Of a stretch of 64,000 nt of DNA, positions 8,527-18,212 are shown piece by piece. Positions within the stretch are counted from its first letter, which is position 1, and each line of letters starts with the position of its first letter. Both the position numbers and the translations under genes were made by a program. Below the pieces are notes generated by a model, which ran no database searches, was not told the origin of the DNA, and saw nothing but the letters and a program-made list of their open reading frames with translations. The stretch is from an uncultured virus (IMG/VR IMGVR_UViG_3300006789_000015). Its lineage: Duplodnaviria; Heunggongvirae; Uroviricota; Caudoviricetes. The stretch is from the IMG/VR virus record IMGVR_UViG_3300006789_000015; one strand, 5' to 3'.

Positions 8527-8799
8527 CTATAAATCCCATTCTCCTAATGCCGCTTCCAGCACTTGCTCCATAGTAAGTCCATGCTCGTTAGCTTCTGCTG
8601 CCATTGTAAGCGCACTCCACATAACCTCTGCTTCTAATCCCCAAGGTCGAGCCAATTTAAGAGCCTCGTTAACTAACTGAATGTTCTCTGGCCTTGGGCT
8701 TTTCTTGTTTACAGAAAGTTTCTTTTTTTCCCCAATCAACTCTTTAAGTTCTTCGGGGGTGTCCCAATTTTGGAGTGGGGATTTTTCTCCTTTAGCCAT
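8527..8799 (-). CDS. hypothetical protein
   Basis: Array ORF. Confidence 0.65.
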   Translation of the reverse strand: MAKGEKSPLQNWDTPEELKELIGEKKKLSVNKKSPRPENIQLVNEALKLARPWGLEAEVMWSALTMAAEANEHGLTMEQVLEAALGEWDL

Positions 8800-9085
8800 T
8801 TACAATTTCCTTTTCAAAAACAGAGTGGGAAAGCGATGAAGGTTTTAACTTTTTCATAATCGCATCCAACGACTCTTTTACTTGTATGCTTTTACCATCC
8901 ATCATGTGAATCGTAGTGAACTTATTCCAATCTTCATTCTTTACGCTATGAAATGGAGGCTTCGCTTTTTTATATTCGCTCTCATATCCAGCGTGACAAA
9001 CATTGTTCCAGTTTACAAGAGTTGGAGTATAAGCATTTCTCTGTCCCTTGCCGTAGGTTCGTTTTAACAATTTAATAGTTTTCAT
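8792..9085 (-). CDS. hypothetical protein (weak FlbD-like TTIHMMDGKSIQVKES)
   Basis: Array ORF; motif similarity by eye. Confidence 0.55.
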   Translation of the reverse strand: MKTIKLLKRTYGKGQRNAYTPTLVNWNNVCHAGYESEYKKAKPPFHSVKNEDWNKFTTIHMMDGKSIQVKESLDAIMKKLKPSSLSHSVFEKEIVNG

Positions 9086-9087
9086 AA

Positions 9088-9342
9088 TTATTCTGCTAAT
9101 AGTTGATCTAATAAAATTTGTAACTGTTCCTCTCCACCTTCAGCATTTATTCCGAGATGTAACATTTTATATACTTCATACTCCGCGAGTGATTGAGGTT
9201 CAGATTTTCTAACTTCTGATTCATTACTTCTCTGAACGTAAACAACTGACTGTTTCGTATTCTCGTTTGTATAAAATGCAATCCTCATATTAAATTTTAA
9301 ATTAAATTTTGAGGTACTGATGTTGCAATGTTGCTGTTGCAA
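9088..9342 (-). CDS. hypothetical protein (start may be downstream, MRIAFY)
   Basis: Array ORF. Confidence 0.5.
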   Translation of the reverse strand: MQQQHCNISTSKFNLKFNMRIAFYTNENTKQSVVYVQRSNESEVRKSEPQSLAEYEVYKMLHLGINAEGGEEQLQILLDQLLAE

Positions 9343-9737
9343 TGGTTTTGATTCGTATTACAAGCATCTCCAATACTCAATGCCTCTTTAACCTCTGCTA
9401 TAATTTTCGGTATCGCTTTCATGGGTGCTGAATCTTGCAAGTATCCATTAAAATTAAAAACATCCGTTCCCCATCCTCCACCAAAAGTAACTCTTGTGGT
9501 TTGAGAATGATGGCAGTTCCAATACATCCATCCCTGTTGAGTTAAAGTAGGATTATGCTGACTTTTAATATGAACAGTAACCCAAGGTCTTTTAGACCGA
9601 ACATCTTTTAACCTAACGGTAGCTTTACCTTCTGGAAACTGATCCGTAGTAGTTCTATTAATAACATCCTCTTGGCTTATCTTACCAGTACCAACGAGTT
9701 CATCTACTCGACTATTCTTTTCCCAAACAACTTTCAT
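9297..9737 (-). CDS. hypothetical protein
   Basis: AGGAG upstream. Confidence 0.7.
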   Translation of the reverse strand: MKVVWEKNSRVDELVGTGKISQEDVINRTTTDQFPEGKATVRLKDVRSKRPWVTVHIKSQHNPTLTQQGWMYWNCHHSQTTRVTFGGGWGTDVFNFNGYLQDSAPMKAIPKIIAEVKEALSIGDACNTNQNHCNSNIATSVPQNLI

Positions 9738-9740
9738 TTT

Positions 9741-10034
9741 TTATTCTCCTTTTTGTATTGTTTTTTGTTTGTAGTTTTTTAACAACCCTAATTCTTTCTC
9801 TACCCCTTCCTCACTCAACCATCCTTTAACATCGTCGCCCCATCCGAGAGGGTCACACATTCCACCATGCGACCCAAATACGCCCATCTCATATAAACCC
9901 TTTTCATTGCCGTATGAAGCTCCATGCCTAACTATCGAAACGTCATAACCATTCTCTAACTCTACATAGGCTTGGATCGCATCCTTCCCATGTGTTTCAG
10001 ATATGTCGTGAAACTCTAAATCTTTAAACTTCAT
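9741..10034 (-). CDS. conserved phage hypothetical protein
   Basis: SYG..GLYE...DDVKGWL pattern common in phages; start MKFKDL with ATGA overlap. Confidence 0.7.
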   Translation of the reverse strand: MKFKDLEFHDISETHGKDAIQAYVELENGYDVSIVRHGASYGNEKGLYEMGVFGSHGGMCDPLGWGDDVKGWLSEEGVEKELGLLKNYKQKTIQKGE

Positions 10035-10164
10035 TTTTCTGCCTTGGCTTGTTTCTTCTTCCATTCTGACTTCGGGCAGTAATTCCAACCCTCTTTAACT
10101 TGAGTCTCTGCCTGTTTATCAGAAACCCTCTTAACCTTCTTTCCCTTCTTAATTGTTTTCATAA

Positions 10165-10452
10165 TTAATTCTTTTTCGGAGGTCTACCTCTCTTTTTTGG
10201 AATATAAACGTAATCCACAACATGATCTAAAAACCACTTGTAATCGTCCGTAATCCTCTCTAAAACCTTTTTCCCTCTCATTGGGTACTTCGCATAGTAA
10301 AACGTGCCTGTAACCCCCCTCAACGTCTCTATTGACCCTGCTAGAACCGTAGCACCTTTCCCTGTCGGGTTCCATTCCGAATCAGTTTCAGTAAATACTG
10401 CATGAGTAGCCCCTCTGGGTGCTGGTGGATACTTTTGGTCTGCTAATCCCAT
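10165..10452 (-). CDS. hypothetical protein with C-terminal AT-hook-like motif
   Basis: KKRGRPPK. Confidence 0.65.
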   Translation of the reverse strand: MGLADQKYPPAPRGATHAVFTETDSEWNPTGKGATVLAGSIETLRGVTGTFYYAKYPMRGKKVLERITDDYKWFLDHVVDYVYIPKKRGRPPKKN

Positions 10453-10491
10453 AATAAATTTAAAATTAAATTTTCAATAAATCTTTTTAGT

Positions 10492-10560
10492 GGGGGGAGC
10501 GGAGGAACCTACCACGGAAACCTTCCGCCCCCCCCTCCTTCATCGAGGCATGATGAGAGG
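10492..10560 (-). ncRNA. candidate structured antisense RNA (two hairpins)
   Basis: G/C-rich stem around CCGUGGUAGGUU; G-U pair favours minus strand; no U-tract. Confidence 0.55.
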
Positions 10561-10568
10561 AAATTGTC

Positions 10569-10823
10569 TCACTTGTAAGATGCCTCCAAGTTTTTAAAGT
10601 GATCGTCCAACTCGTCAAAGTCAGGCCCACCTGTTCCCATGTCATTAGCGTGTTGTAATGCGCGGAACAAACTTTGAGCTTCTTCAAGGGACTCGCAGCA
10701 TTTAGCCGCCGCCATGTTCTGCTCTCTGTTCGTTGAGATAACATTTTGCTTCTTGCCAGATTTAACGATGCCGACAAAGGTATCTGATTTAAATAATCTT
10801 TTCATAGGTTTAAAGCGTTTCAA
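10569..10823 (-). CDS. hypothetical protein
   Basis: 84 aa ORF downstream of rIIB. Confidence 0.6.
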   Translation of the reverse strand: MKRFKPMKRLFKSDTFVGIVKSGKKQNVISTNREQNMAAAKCCESLEEAQSLFRALQHANDMGTGGPDFDELDDHFKNLEASYK

Positions 10824-10912
10824 TATAAATGCCAGTAATTAACGTAACGACAATCGAGAGAATCAAATACAAAATTAATCTTTCGATTTCTGCTACTCCT
10901 TCGTCCTTCATT

Positions 10913-11818
10913 TTAATTATTCTCTGGGTTGCCGCCTTGTTGCTTCTTCAACTGCTCTATGCTTTTTTTCAAGCCCATCAAAACCGAGTAGACATCTCCA
11001 GCACTACCCATATTTACGTCCTGCTCATTCAGCAAGTCTAAATCTTCCTCTGGAATGTAATCTTCATCCTCCATGTATTCTTCCTCATCGTCATACCAAA
11101 CTGGAGCTTTAACAACCGTCTCACAATGCTGAATAACTTTATATTCACTGGTACGCAACTTTTGACACTCGCAATCGTGAGGCACACTTACAACGTGCGC
11201 TGGATTAATTTCAACCAGCATTAAATGTCCTCCGTTACCAGTGTAACCTTGTGCGTACTCGTAAGTTCCAGCGTGTAGACCAGCACTACAACCATGATTA
11301 GCGTTATCGCTAACTTGATTCCGAGGCATCTTACAAACCTTTCCAACCGAGTTGTCAATCTGACCAGAATAACGATCCGTATAGTCAGAGTTGATTCCCT
11401 TGTAAGCGAGGAAGTTTCCGTCCTCCGTCAAGGGCATTTGCCTATGCTCAAGAAAATTATATAATTCTTCAACGGAACGGTGAGAAGGATTGTCTTGCAG
11501 TTTAGCAATAAACCTTGCAAGGGGTTTGAAATCTAAACCTTTTTCCATGAGGTCAAACAGCCGATCAATAACATGACCATGAAGTTCAGCACCTTCATAA
11601 AAACATTTGTTGTCTTTAATTTCAATCTGTCCTTCGCTGAAATTCGTGATGGCAGATTTTGTATCAAACAACTCCACTAGAGTTTCTCTATCTTGGTTTT
11701 TTAAAGCCTCAATAGCCTTGAGCCAGTTGGGACTTGTGGTAGGCATCGTATAAGGTTTGCCGTCGATTGTGACTGTTAGAAATTTGTCAGTCGCATTGAA
11801 TGGGATATAGTCGCTCAT
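10913..11818 (-). CDS. rIIB: rIIB-like protein
   Basis: DGNFLAYKG, DNSVG, MPRNQV, CSAGLHAG; adjacent to rIIA. Confidence 0.85.
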   Translation of the reverse strand: MSDYIPFNATDKFLTVTIDGKPYTMPTTSPNWLKAIEALKNQDRETLVELFDTKSAITNFSEGQIEIKDNKCFYEGAELHGHVIDRLFDLMEKGLDFKPLARFIAKLQDNPSHRSVEELYNFLEHRQMPLTEDGNFLAYKGINSDYTDRYSGQIDNSVGKVCKMPRNQVSDNANHGCSAGLHAGTYEYAQGYTGNGGHLMLVEINPAHVVSVPHDCECQKLRTSEYKVIQHCETVVKAPVWYDDEEEYMEDEDYIPEEDLDLLNEQDVNMGSAGDVYSVLMGLKKSIEQLKKQQGGNPENN

Positions 11819-11848
11819 AATTTTTTCTCCGATTTTTTATTAATTTTG

Positions 11849-14092
11849 TTAGCCGTTTATATTCATTGAGTCTACAAGATTCATATAATGAGCCAGTTCG
11901 TCAATGAGTTTCTGTTCACTACCTCTGCGATAATGATTGTGTTCAATATATTGAATCAAAGGATAAGTCGATTCAATTTTCTTTAAATGTTTTCCAAAAT
12001 TGTACCCAATAGCTTCCGACTCCGCTTTAATTTCGTCTACCAGATGCAACGTCCTTGTTAATTTCATGTAGTCATTAACTTTCGCATCATCATCGTGTAT
12101 CTGACGAGTTTTTTCGGCAAAAGATAATACTATATTCTCTTGATTAACCAACTTGTGCTTCAGACGATTTATTAATTTTCTCTCCAAATTATATAAAGGT
12201 GAGTATCCCCATCCTTTAGTATCCTCTTGATAAATGTTATAGTCAGCCCAAATTTGTTCGATACCATTTTCTTCAATCAAACGCTTCACTTCATCTTTCG
12301 CCCAAGGGAAAAATGGTTTCCAATTTTTAGCCTTCTCAACTTTACTTTTTAAAGCCTTTTTAAAGCCATAAACTCTTGGCATATCCAAACCTAAATCTTC
12401 AAAACCAGATTGAAAATTTCCAAAACAATTAGCTTTGCTATTACCATAGTAATTATCATCATCAATCAAGAATCTATCTATCATCACATAGACTCCGCTA
12501 TCAGCTTCAAGATCAACTTCGGTTTCTTTCCAATAAGCCGATGCCGTACTCTGCCATCCACCTTTAACTTTATCCCAATCCAGTTCAAAAATCTTGGTAG
12601 TATGTTTGCTGGATTTTGCGTAACTACTTGAATTGCTATTAGTGTTAACGCGAGGTAAGCATGATGCGTCTTTGTAGTCGCTATTCATGTACCTCTCTGC
12701 CAATTCTGACATTTTGTATCTGGTTAAAGAAGAAAGATTGACTACTTCCTCTGGATCAAAGTTGTTCTCTTTACAAAAATCTTTTTCAATTTGATCGTCG
12801 TGAAACGAAATCACGAAAGGCTTTTTATTCTCCTCAATGACCATCGGTAGCAATCGACCAAGAAGCATCCTGTTATTGCCAACATCATTTTTAATAATGA
12901 CGCTATCACTAGAAGCGACGATCCTGTTAATTGCTGCCGCTTTAAACTTTGAGCTTCTCCAAGTTTTGTCTACCGTATAGACAGTACCTTTACTTTCTTC
13001 AAGATAGTAATTGCTGTTATCAATTTTTTTATTGTTAAAAATTAAATCTTTGGCAACGATCTGCTTAACATGATAAAGGTCATTTGTCATATCAAAGAGA
13101 TCATTAAACAAACACTTCGCTTGGAAGTGGGTGGTGCATCCATTAAATCTTTCCAGCACCTTTTTAATAATATCTTTTTTAAGAGTTTTTAATTTGTTGA
13201 GTATGTTCCGCTTGGTATGGGTTGTGTATTGCAAACCTTCGCGGGATGCTGCCATCTCCAAGTCTCCAATATCAAAGTAAATTTCAAGACCGCTTGTGTT
13301 ACAAACTTCATACAGCCCATCTGTATCTCTACTGGAGTAGCCGAACCCTAAAGCATCGTTATCAAGTTCGTAACCAATGTTACCCATAACAGCAACAGCA
13401 TTACCAGATTCACCTGTACGAATTTTCCAGTTTTCACCTTCAAGGATTACTTTCCCTCTTTCCTCGAAATTTATAGTTTGTCCTTTGATAATAGGCTTAA
13501 TATCATAATACTTATAGACTCGTTCTGCCTTTTCTTTAAAAAGATCAACGTCATAGGAGTCATGTACGGGAACCCCAATTTCGATTCCATCGACTTCTTT
13601 TGTGGGGGTTTCCTCCAGAAGAACAATCTTCCCTAAATCAGACTCATCAATATAAGCGTTATAGACATACTTGACTCCATTAGAGTAACTCGTAATCGTA
13701 AACGAATCAGAATAAGAAAACGCAGACTTACTTCCTAGTCCAAGTTGTCCAATATAATCATTGGATTGTCTTTTAGTTGACTCTCCGTAATTAGCGTAAA
13801 TCTCACGAACTTCTTCTTGGGTAAGACCATCACCAAAATCTCTAATCTTAAAGGACATCTCCATTCGGTTTGGGAGTGTTACTTCAAAAGGCGTGGACTC
13901 ATTACCGTTTGCTACATGAGCATCGTAAGCGTTAGCAGAATACTCACGAACAACAGCAAGAATTTTGTCAGAGTAGAGTTGGTTTCGCAGAACATTAAAT
14001 ATGTGAGCGAATCCTCCCTGTTTGATTCCAAAGAAAACGGAGTCTTTTAATTCCCCCGAAACGGACAATGTGTTTTTTTCAAGAACTTTCAT
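11849..14092 (-). CDS. rIIA: rIIA-like protein (GHKL ATPase N-domain)
   Basis: REYSANAYDAH, IRDFGDGL, YGESTK, IGQLGLGSKS. Confidence 0.9.
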   Translation of the reverse strand: MKVLEKNTLSVSGELKDSVFFGIKQGGFAHIFNVLRNQLYSDKILAVVREYSANAYDAHVANGNESTPFEVTLPNRMEMSFKIRDFGDGLTQEEVREIYANYGESTKRQSNDYIGQLGLGSKSAFSYSDSFTITSYSNGVKYVYNAYIDESDLGKIVLLEETPTKEVDGIEIGVPVHDSYDVDLFKEKAERVYKYYDIKPIIKGQTINFEERGKVILEGENWKIRTGESGNAVAVMGNIGYELDNDALGFGYSSRDTDGLYEVCNTSGLEIYFDIGDLEMAASREGLQYTTHTKRNILNKLKTLKKDIIKKVLERFNGCTTHFQAKCLFNDLFDMTNDLYHVKQIVAKDLIFNNKKIDNSNYYLEESKGTVYTVDKTWRSSKFKAAAINRIVASSDSVIIKNDVGNNRMLLGRLLPMVIEENKKPFVISFHDDQIEKDFCKENNFDPEEVVNLSSLTRYKMSELAERYMNSDYKDASCLPRVNTNSNSSSYAKSSKHTTKIFELDWDKVKGGWQSTASAYWKETEVDLEADSGVYVMIDRFLIDDDNYYGNSKANCFGNFQSGFEDLGLDMPRVYGFKKALKSKVEKAKNWKPFFPWAKDEVKRLIEENGIEQIWADYNIYQEDTKGWGYSPLYNLERKLINRLKHKLVNQENIVLSFAEKTRQIHDDDAKVNDYMKLTRTLHLVDEIKAESEAIGYNFGKHLKKIESTYPLIQYIEHNHYRRGSEQKLIDELAHYMNLVDSMNING

Positions 14093-14143
14093 AGTAGTAG
14101 GTTTTTCAGTTTTATCTCCGTAACCATATCGGCTACTTGAGAT

Positions 14144-14172
14144 AGACTAAAGCCTATCAAGATTCTATGCAA
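14144..14172 (-). promoter_or_regulatory. sigma70-type promoter of rIIA operon
   Basis: TTGCAT-N17-TAGTCT; leader opens with GUAGCC/GGUUAC hairpin. Confidence 0.6.
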
Positions 14173-14190
14173 GGACTTTTTGAAAAAAAG

Positions 14191-14376
14191 TCAGGAATTT
14201 AAAGAATGTAACTGAAAATCTTGCTTTTTTTGCCTCCAAAAATCTTTCATCTGGTCGATTGAAGGCACTTCTTTAGAGACAATTCTTAAAGAGTGTGTGT
14301 CAAAATCATCATCAGTAACATAAATTTCCCACTCATCTTCTTTTTGAGTAGGTTTACAGAAAATTTTAATATCCAT
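14191..14376 (-). CDS. hypothetical protein
   Basis: Small ORF. Confidence 0.6.
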   Translation of the reverse strand: MDIKIFCKPTQKEDEWEIYVTDDDFDTHSLRIVSKEVPSIDQMKDFWRQKKQDFQLHSLNS

Positions 14377-14557
14377 TCTTAATTTTAAGTTTTAAATTAA
14401 ACGTCAGGACTATCTTTTTCTTGCTCTATTAATTGATGCAAAATGCCAAAGACAACAGCATCTTCATAGGAAGTTAAAAGAATATCTGAAGGGGTTGAGT
14501 CCACCTTTCTCAAGACGGCTTCAATTTCATCTTCATCTAAATCTATTGTATAAGACT

Positions 14558-14779
14558 TCAAACCGAAACACGTTTATTACCCTCAAAATGTTTATTTAAA
14601 ATTTTTAAACAATCTTCAGCTTCGGACAAAGACCTTAATTGCTTTGTCATTTCCTCAACGACTTGGGGGTGTTCACCTATACCCGCTGGATTATTAAAAT
14701 AAACTTCTAAAGTAGCGATAGAAGATGACCTTTGAGCCTCGAAATGCTTTTCGAGAGCATCATATAACTGATGTTTCAT
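14558..14779 (-). CDS. conserved phage hypothetical protein
   Basis: NPAGIGEHP motif typical of a marine-phage family. Confidence 0.7.
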   Translation of the reverse strand: MKHQLYDALEKHFEAQRSSSIATLEVYFNNPAGIGEHPQVVEEMTKQLRSLSEAEDCLKILNKHFEGNKRVSV

Positions 14780-14786
14780 TTATTTA

Positions 14787-14990
14787 TTAAGGGGTTACGA
14801 TATTAGATTTCGCGGTATTGGCTTCCATTTGAGCCACTTCTGCCGCTTGTTGCTTTGCCATCATGTCTTTAACCATGCTGCATTTTTCTAAAAGAAACCT
14901 TCTATCTTCTTCGTCTGTTACTTCTTTAGCGTGATGCCAAGGGATATGCAGGAGAGTCATCATTTCCCAATTTTCTTCTTGAGGAGTCAT
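14787..14990 (-). CDS. hypothetical protein
   Basis: Small ORF. Confidence 0.6.
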   Translation of the reverse strand: MTPQEENWEMMTLLHIPWHHAKEVTDEEDRRFLLEKCSMVKDMMAKQQAAEVAQMEANTAKSNIVTP

Positions 14991-14992
14991 AA

Positions 14993-15139
14993 TTATTTCT
15001 TGGATTTATTTTTTTTCTTGGCTGCGTTTGCGGCTTTTCTTTTTCCAGCCTTCTCTTTTTTCTTCGCCGCTCTTTTATCTTTGGGGTTTACTTTAGGTGT
15101 TTTTTTATTCTCTTTTCTAGCACTTGTTCCTTTAGCCAT
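14993..15139 (-). CDS. 48-aa Lys-rich protein (below cutoff)
   Basis: MAKGTSARKENKKTPK...; AAGGA upstream. Confidence 0.55.
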   Translation of the reverse strand: MAKGTSARKENKKTPKVNPKDKRAAKKKEKAGKRKAANAAKKKNKSKK

Positions 15140-15170
15140 AATAATATCCTTTACTGCTGTCTATTGTAGC

Positions 15171-15383
15171 TTATTTCTTCATAGCTTCAACCATTTTTTT
15201 ATACTCTACGTCTCTATCTATCACCATCTTTGTGTCGTTTAAATAAATTTTAATACGCTCTAAATTATATTTAAAATCATTTTTATTTTCTTCGCTTAAA
15301 AGAGTTGCGTTTTTATTTTCCAAAACGGACACATTATTTAAAAGAGAATTTAATTCTTTTTTTATTTTAATTTCATTTTTCAT
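15171..15383 (-). CDS. hypothetical protein
   Basis: ATGA overlap. Confidence 0.55.
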   Translation of the reverse strand: MKNEIKIKKELNSLLNNVSVLENKNATLLSEENKNDFKYNLERIKIYLNDTKMVIDRDVEYKKMVEAMKK

Positions 15384-15601
15384 CCGTCCTTTATCTTTCT
15401 TTTTTGTTTCTTTAAGAACTCTTTCGAGGGCTTAAAGTCTGATTCACATTTACTGCATCTCATTATCTCTTTACACTCGTAATTTTCTTCTCTGCATTTT
15501 TTATCCCCTTCAAAAAAGCCTTTGTCGTGACCACACTTCACCTCGTCTGATTTTACTTTAATCAGCTTTGACGCACAATATGGACAAGCGTAATGATGCA
15601 C
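15380..15601 (-). CDS. Zn-ribbon protein
   Basis: CPYC...CSKC; GTG start at 15601 behind GTGTA-N9. Confidence 0.55.
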   Translation of the reverse strand: MHHYACPYCASKLIKVKSDEVKCGHDKGFFEGDKKCREENYECKEIMRCSKCESDFKPSKEFLKKQKRKIKDG

Positions 15602-15623
15602 ATATATAATTACACTATTTCTA

Positions 15624-15887
15624 CTACCATTTAAGGTAGCCATAGATATTCATAATGACCAAAACAAAAGACATTAAAGCGGTAGGATATGCTTTTTTCT
15701 CAACGCAATATATACCAACCATTATATTTCCTGCTATCCAAACAGACCAACAAAGATCACTCTTATTAGCGTTAAGGTAATAGCCATATAGAACTAAAAC
15801 CGCCCCCAACCATCCCAAGGCGTGATGCTCTACTATTTGTCTCATACAGTTGCCACCCCCTTTTTTCCAACTACTATTGAAGCGCAT
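15624..15887 (-). CDS. small multi-TM protein, PnuC-like
   Basis: CWSVWIAGN...NIYGYLKW; three hydrophobic segments. Confidence 0.55.
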   Translation of the reverse strand: MRFNSSWKKGGGNCMRQIVEHHALGWLGAVLVLYGYYLNANKSDLCWSVWIAGNIMVGIYCVEKKAYPTALMSFVLVIMNIYGYLKW

Positions 15888-16594
15888 TTTTGTGCAAAAT
15901 TTATTGCCATTTCTATATTGTTGTCCCGCATCATCGAAACTGAAAAGGCTGCTAGAAAAGTATCTCCCGCTCCAGATAAATCCCTAACATCTCTCTTTCT
16001 TGGGGAACGATATATTTTATTTTTATATAAGCATCCCTTACTACCCAAAGTAACTATAACTTTATCTTTAACGTAATGATCCTCTTTGCCCTGCACGTTT
16101 AAACCAAGACACCTATTATTATTTAACTCATGCTCATTCATTTGCACGAATCTTATATTTCTGGGTATATCGTAAGACATAACTCTTTTAGTATTAAGAA
16201 ATACATTATCATGCTCAAGGCATATTTTATTTATATCTCTATCACTTAAAAAGCCTTTATCATAATCTGAAACTAAAACGGCATCGTACTTGCCCCACTC
16301 CACCTTGTTGCGATTAAAAAAATCGGTAGCTTTATCCTCTACGTCAACCCTTAATAACATTTGATTAGAAGCTAGATCAACGTATCTCTTTTTTTCTATA
16401 TCATTTTTATTTGTTTCAATGTCACATTCAACCCCCAAAGCAATTACATTAGACTGCACGTTTTTAGCCATTCCCCCATTAGTGGTTCCACCCATAGGTG
16501 TAAACACTGGCACTGGAGCTTCTGGGCAAATCCTTTCAGACTTACCGTAAATAAACTTGTCCGTACAGCTATCCCCTATTACTAGAAATTTCAT
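15842..16594 (-). CDS. PfkB-family heptose-7-phosphate kinase (HldE/RfaE domain I)
   Basis: VIGD..D, RICPEAPVPV, SDYDKG, DLSGAGDTF. Confidence 0.85.
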   Translation of the reverse strand: MKFLVIGDSCTDKFIYGKSERICPEAPVPVFTPMGGTTNGGMAKNVQSNVIALGVECDIETNKNDIEKKRYVDLASNQMLLRVDVEDKATDFFNRNKVEWGKYDAVLVSDYDKGFLSDRDINKICLEHDNVFLNTKRVMSYDIPRNIRFVQMNEHELNNNRCLGLNVQGKEDHYVKDKVIVTLGSKGCLYKNKIYRSPRKRDVRDLSGAGDTFLAAFSVSMMRDNNIEMAINFAQKCASIVVGKKGVATV

Positions 16595-16979
16595 TTATCG
16601 TTTTAGTTGTTGAGTAGCCGTCCAAAAAATTAAAAATTCTGACCTCGCAAATATCATTACCCACTACATCTTCTGGTTTATAGTCTCCACCCTTAACAAT
16701 TACATTAGGTCTAATTTCTTCTATTAGTCTTTGTGGAGTATCTTCATTAAAAATTATTACTTCATCCACGAAAGTCAAACTCTCTAGTAAAAATTTTCTA
16801 TCTTCTTGATTATTTATTGGTCGCCCTTCCCCCTTCAGGCGTTTCACGCTTTCGTCAGAGTTAAGGCCAACTGTTAACCACCCCCCCATAGCTGGGCAAG
16901 ATAGAGAATTACAGTATTTTAATAATTCTAAATGTCCTCTGTGCAATATATCAAAGCACCCATTAGTAAAGACTTTCAT
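16569..16979 (-). CDS. heptose-1-phosphate adenylyltransferase (HldE/RfaE domain II)
   Basis: FTNGCFDILHRGH, VGLNSDESVKRLKG..RP, VKGGDY, GYSTT. Confidence 0.9.
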   Translation of the reverse strand: MKVFTNGCFDILHRGHLELLKYCNSLSCPAMGGWLTVGLNSDESVKRLKGEGRPINNQEDRKFLLESLTFVDEVIIFNEDTPQRLIEEIRPNVIVKGGDYKPEDVVGNDICEVRIFNFLDGYSTTKTINEISSNRG

Positions 16980-17581
16980 ATTAACCTTTGGCTTTCTGGA
17001 CTATTTGGAAAAATGTTTTTTTCTACGGAGTAACAATTAATTAATAATTTTTTATTTATTCCCAGCTTTTTTCTAATCTGGTAAATCGGGGTTTCAGATA
17101 AATCACTAAATTTTATTTGAGCTAGGTTGGCTCCACATCTACTTCCCGCCATAAGCCCCATATTAAAAACAAACCTTTCTTCCTCACCAAACTTGTAACC
17201 TTTCGGGTATAAATATTTTGTAATAAATAAAAATAAATTTTTTCTCCAACGAGAAATGTTTTTTGTGCTTCCCATAGTATAACCAATTACAAATGCTTCG
17301 TCTTTTACTAAAAGTCCACGACCAAGGATCACATGAATGCAATCATGAGTAAACAAATCAACGGCTCCATCAAAAAATTTAGACGTACTGTATCTTGGGT
17401 TTTCAAATAGCTTAATTGTTAATGGCACATCTTTTGGGTTGAGTGAAAATGGCTCCATTTCTTCCAAAACTGAATAAAGTTTTCTTGATTTTGATGAAAG
17501 AGGATGTATCCACTCATCAGCCATTCTTTGAAGTCTGACGGCTTCATCCTCCTCAAATAACTTGTGTTCATGGGGGGTCAT
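16976..17581 (-). CDS. Coq4-like metal-binding protein
   Basis: HDCIH-x11-E motif. Confidence 0.5.
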   Translation of the reverse strand: MTPHEHKLFEEDEAVRLQRMADEWIHPLSSKSRKLYSVLEEMEPFSLNPKDVPLTIKLFENPRYSTSKFFDGAVDLFTHDCIHVILGRGLLVKDEAFVIGYTMGSTKNISRWRKNLFLFITKYLYPKGYKFGEEERFVFNMGLMAGSRCGANLAQIKFSDLSETPIYQIRKKLGINKKLLINCYSVEKNIFPNSPESQRLI

Positions 17582-17707
17582 CTTCTAAACAATTTACGCA
17601 GTTGTTCTACCACCAGCAACCCAACACACCACAAGAAAAAGAAAAATCCCCCAAGAATATTTAATAAAAAGAAAAATATTCTTACGAATATATTGTCTGA
17701 CTTTTCA

Positions 17708-18211
17708 TCAGCAACGGACATTAGCCTTCCTTAAAATTTTAAACTTCATCCTCTTAATACCCATACCCCTTCTTTTCCTATCAATTTGCTTGGCATTTTT
17801 ACCCTTTAAGAATCTAACGCTAATTTCTTTCGCTGTATAGTACCTACCTTTATTTTTAAGAACGCCCTCCTCCTCTTTCGACCAAGTTGAAACCTTTCCC
17901 CTTCTTACCCCTAAATGTTTTCTCATTGAGGAAATTTGTCCAAGCGACTTATTTGGAAAAAATTTTATTTGTAAATCTTTATGTGTATAATTGGCTCCAT
18001 TTTTAATTAAAAGCTCTCTTTCCTCATTTGTCCAGACCGGCGGCTTGTAAAGCATCATGTCCATTTTCTTACTCTTAACCTGCAATGGAGTAAATCTAGT
18101 TAAGAATTTTTCAGATAGCTCTTTCTGGTTATATTTTAAATAATTATTTTTTAAAATTTCTTCCTCTTCTTTAGTCCAAATTCTATCAAATGGATAGCGC
18201 GGTTTAATCAT
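17708..18211 (-). CDS. DNA-binding protein with three Myb/SANT-like repeats
   Basis: WTKEEEEIL, WTNEERELL, WSKEEEGVL. Confidence 0.7.
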   Translation of the reverse strand: MIKPRYPFDRIWTKEEEEILKNNYLKYNQKELSEKFLTRFTPLQVKSKKMDMMLYKPPVWTNEERELLIKNGANYTHKDLQIKFFPNKSLGQISSMRKHLGVRRGKVSTWSKEEEGVLKNKGRYYTAKEISVRFLKGKNAKQIDRKRRGMGIKRMKFKILRKANVRC

Positions 18212-18212
18212 C

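Noticed and set aside
10487..10777. 96-aa ORF across the hairpin, and the hairpin as a plain terminator
   Set aside because: ORF overlaps 10569..10823 out of frame; hairpin lacks a U-tract on either strand
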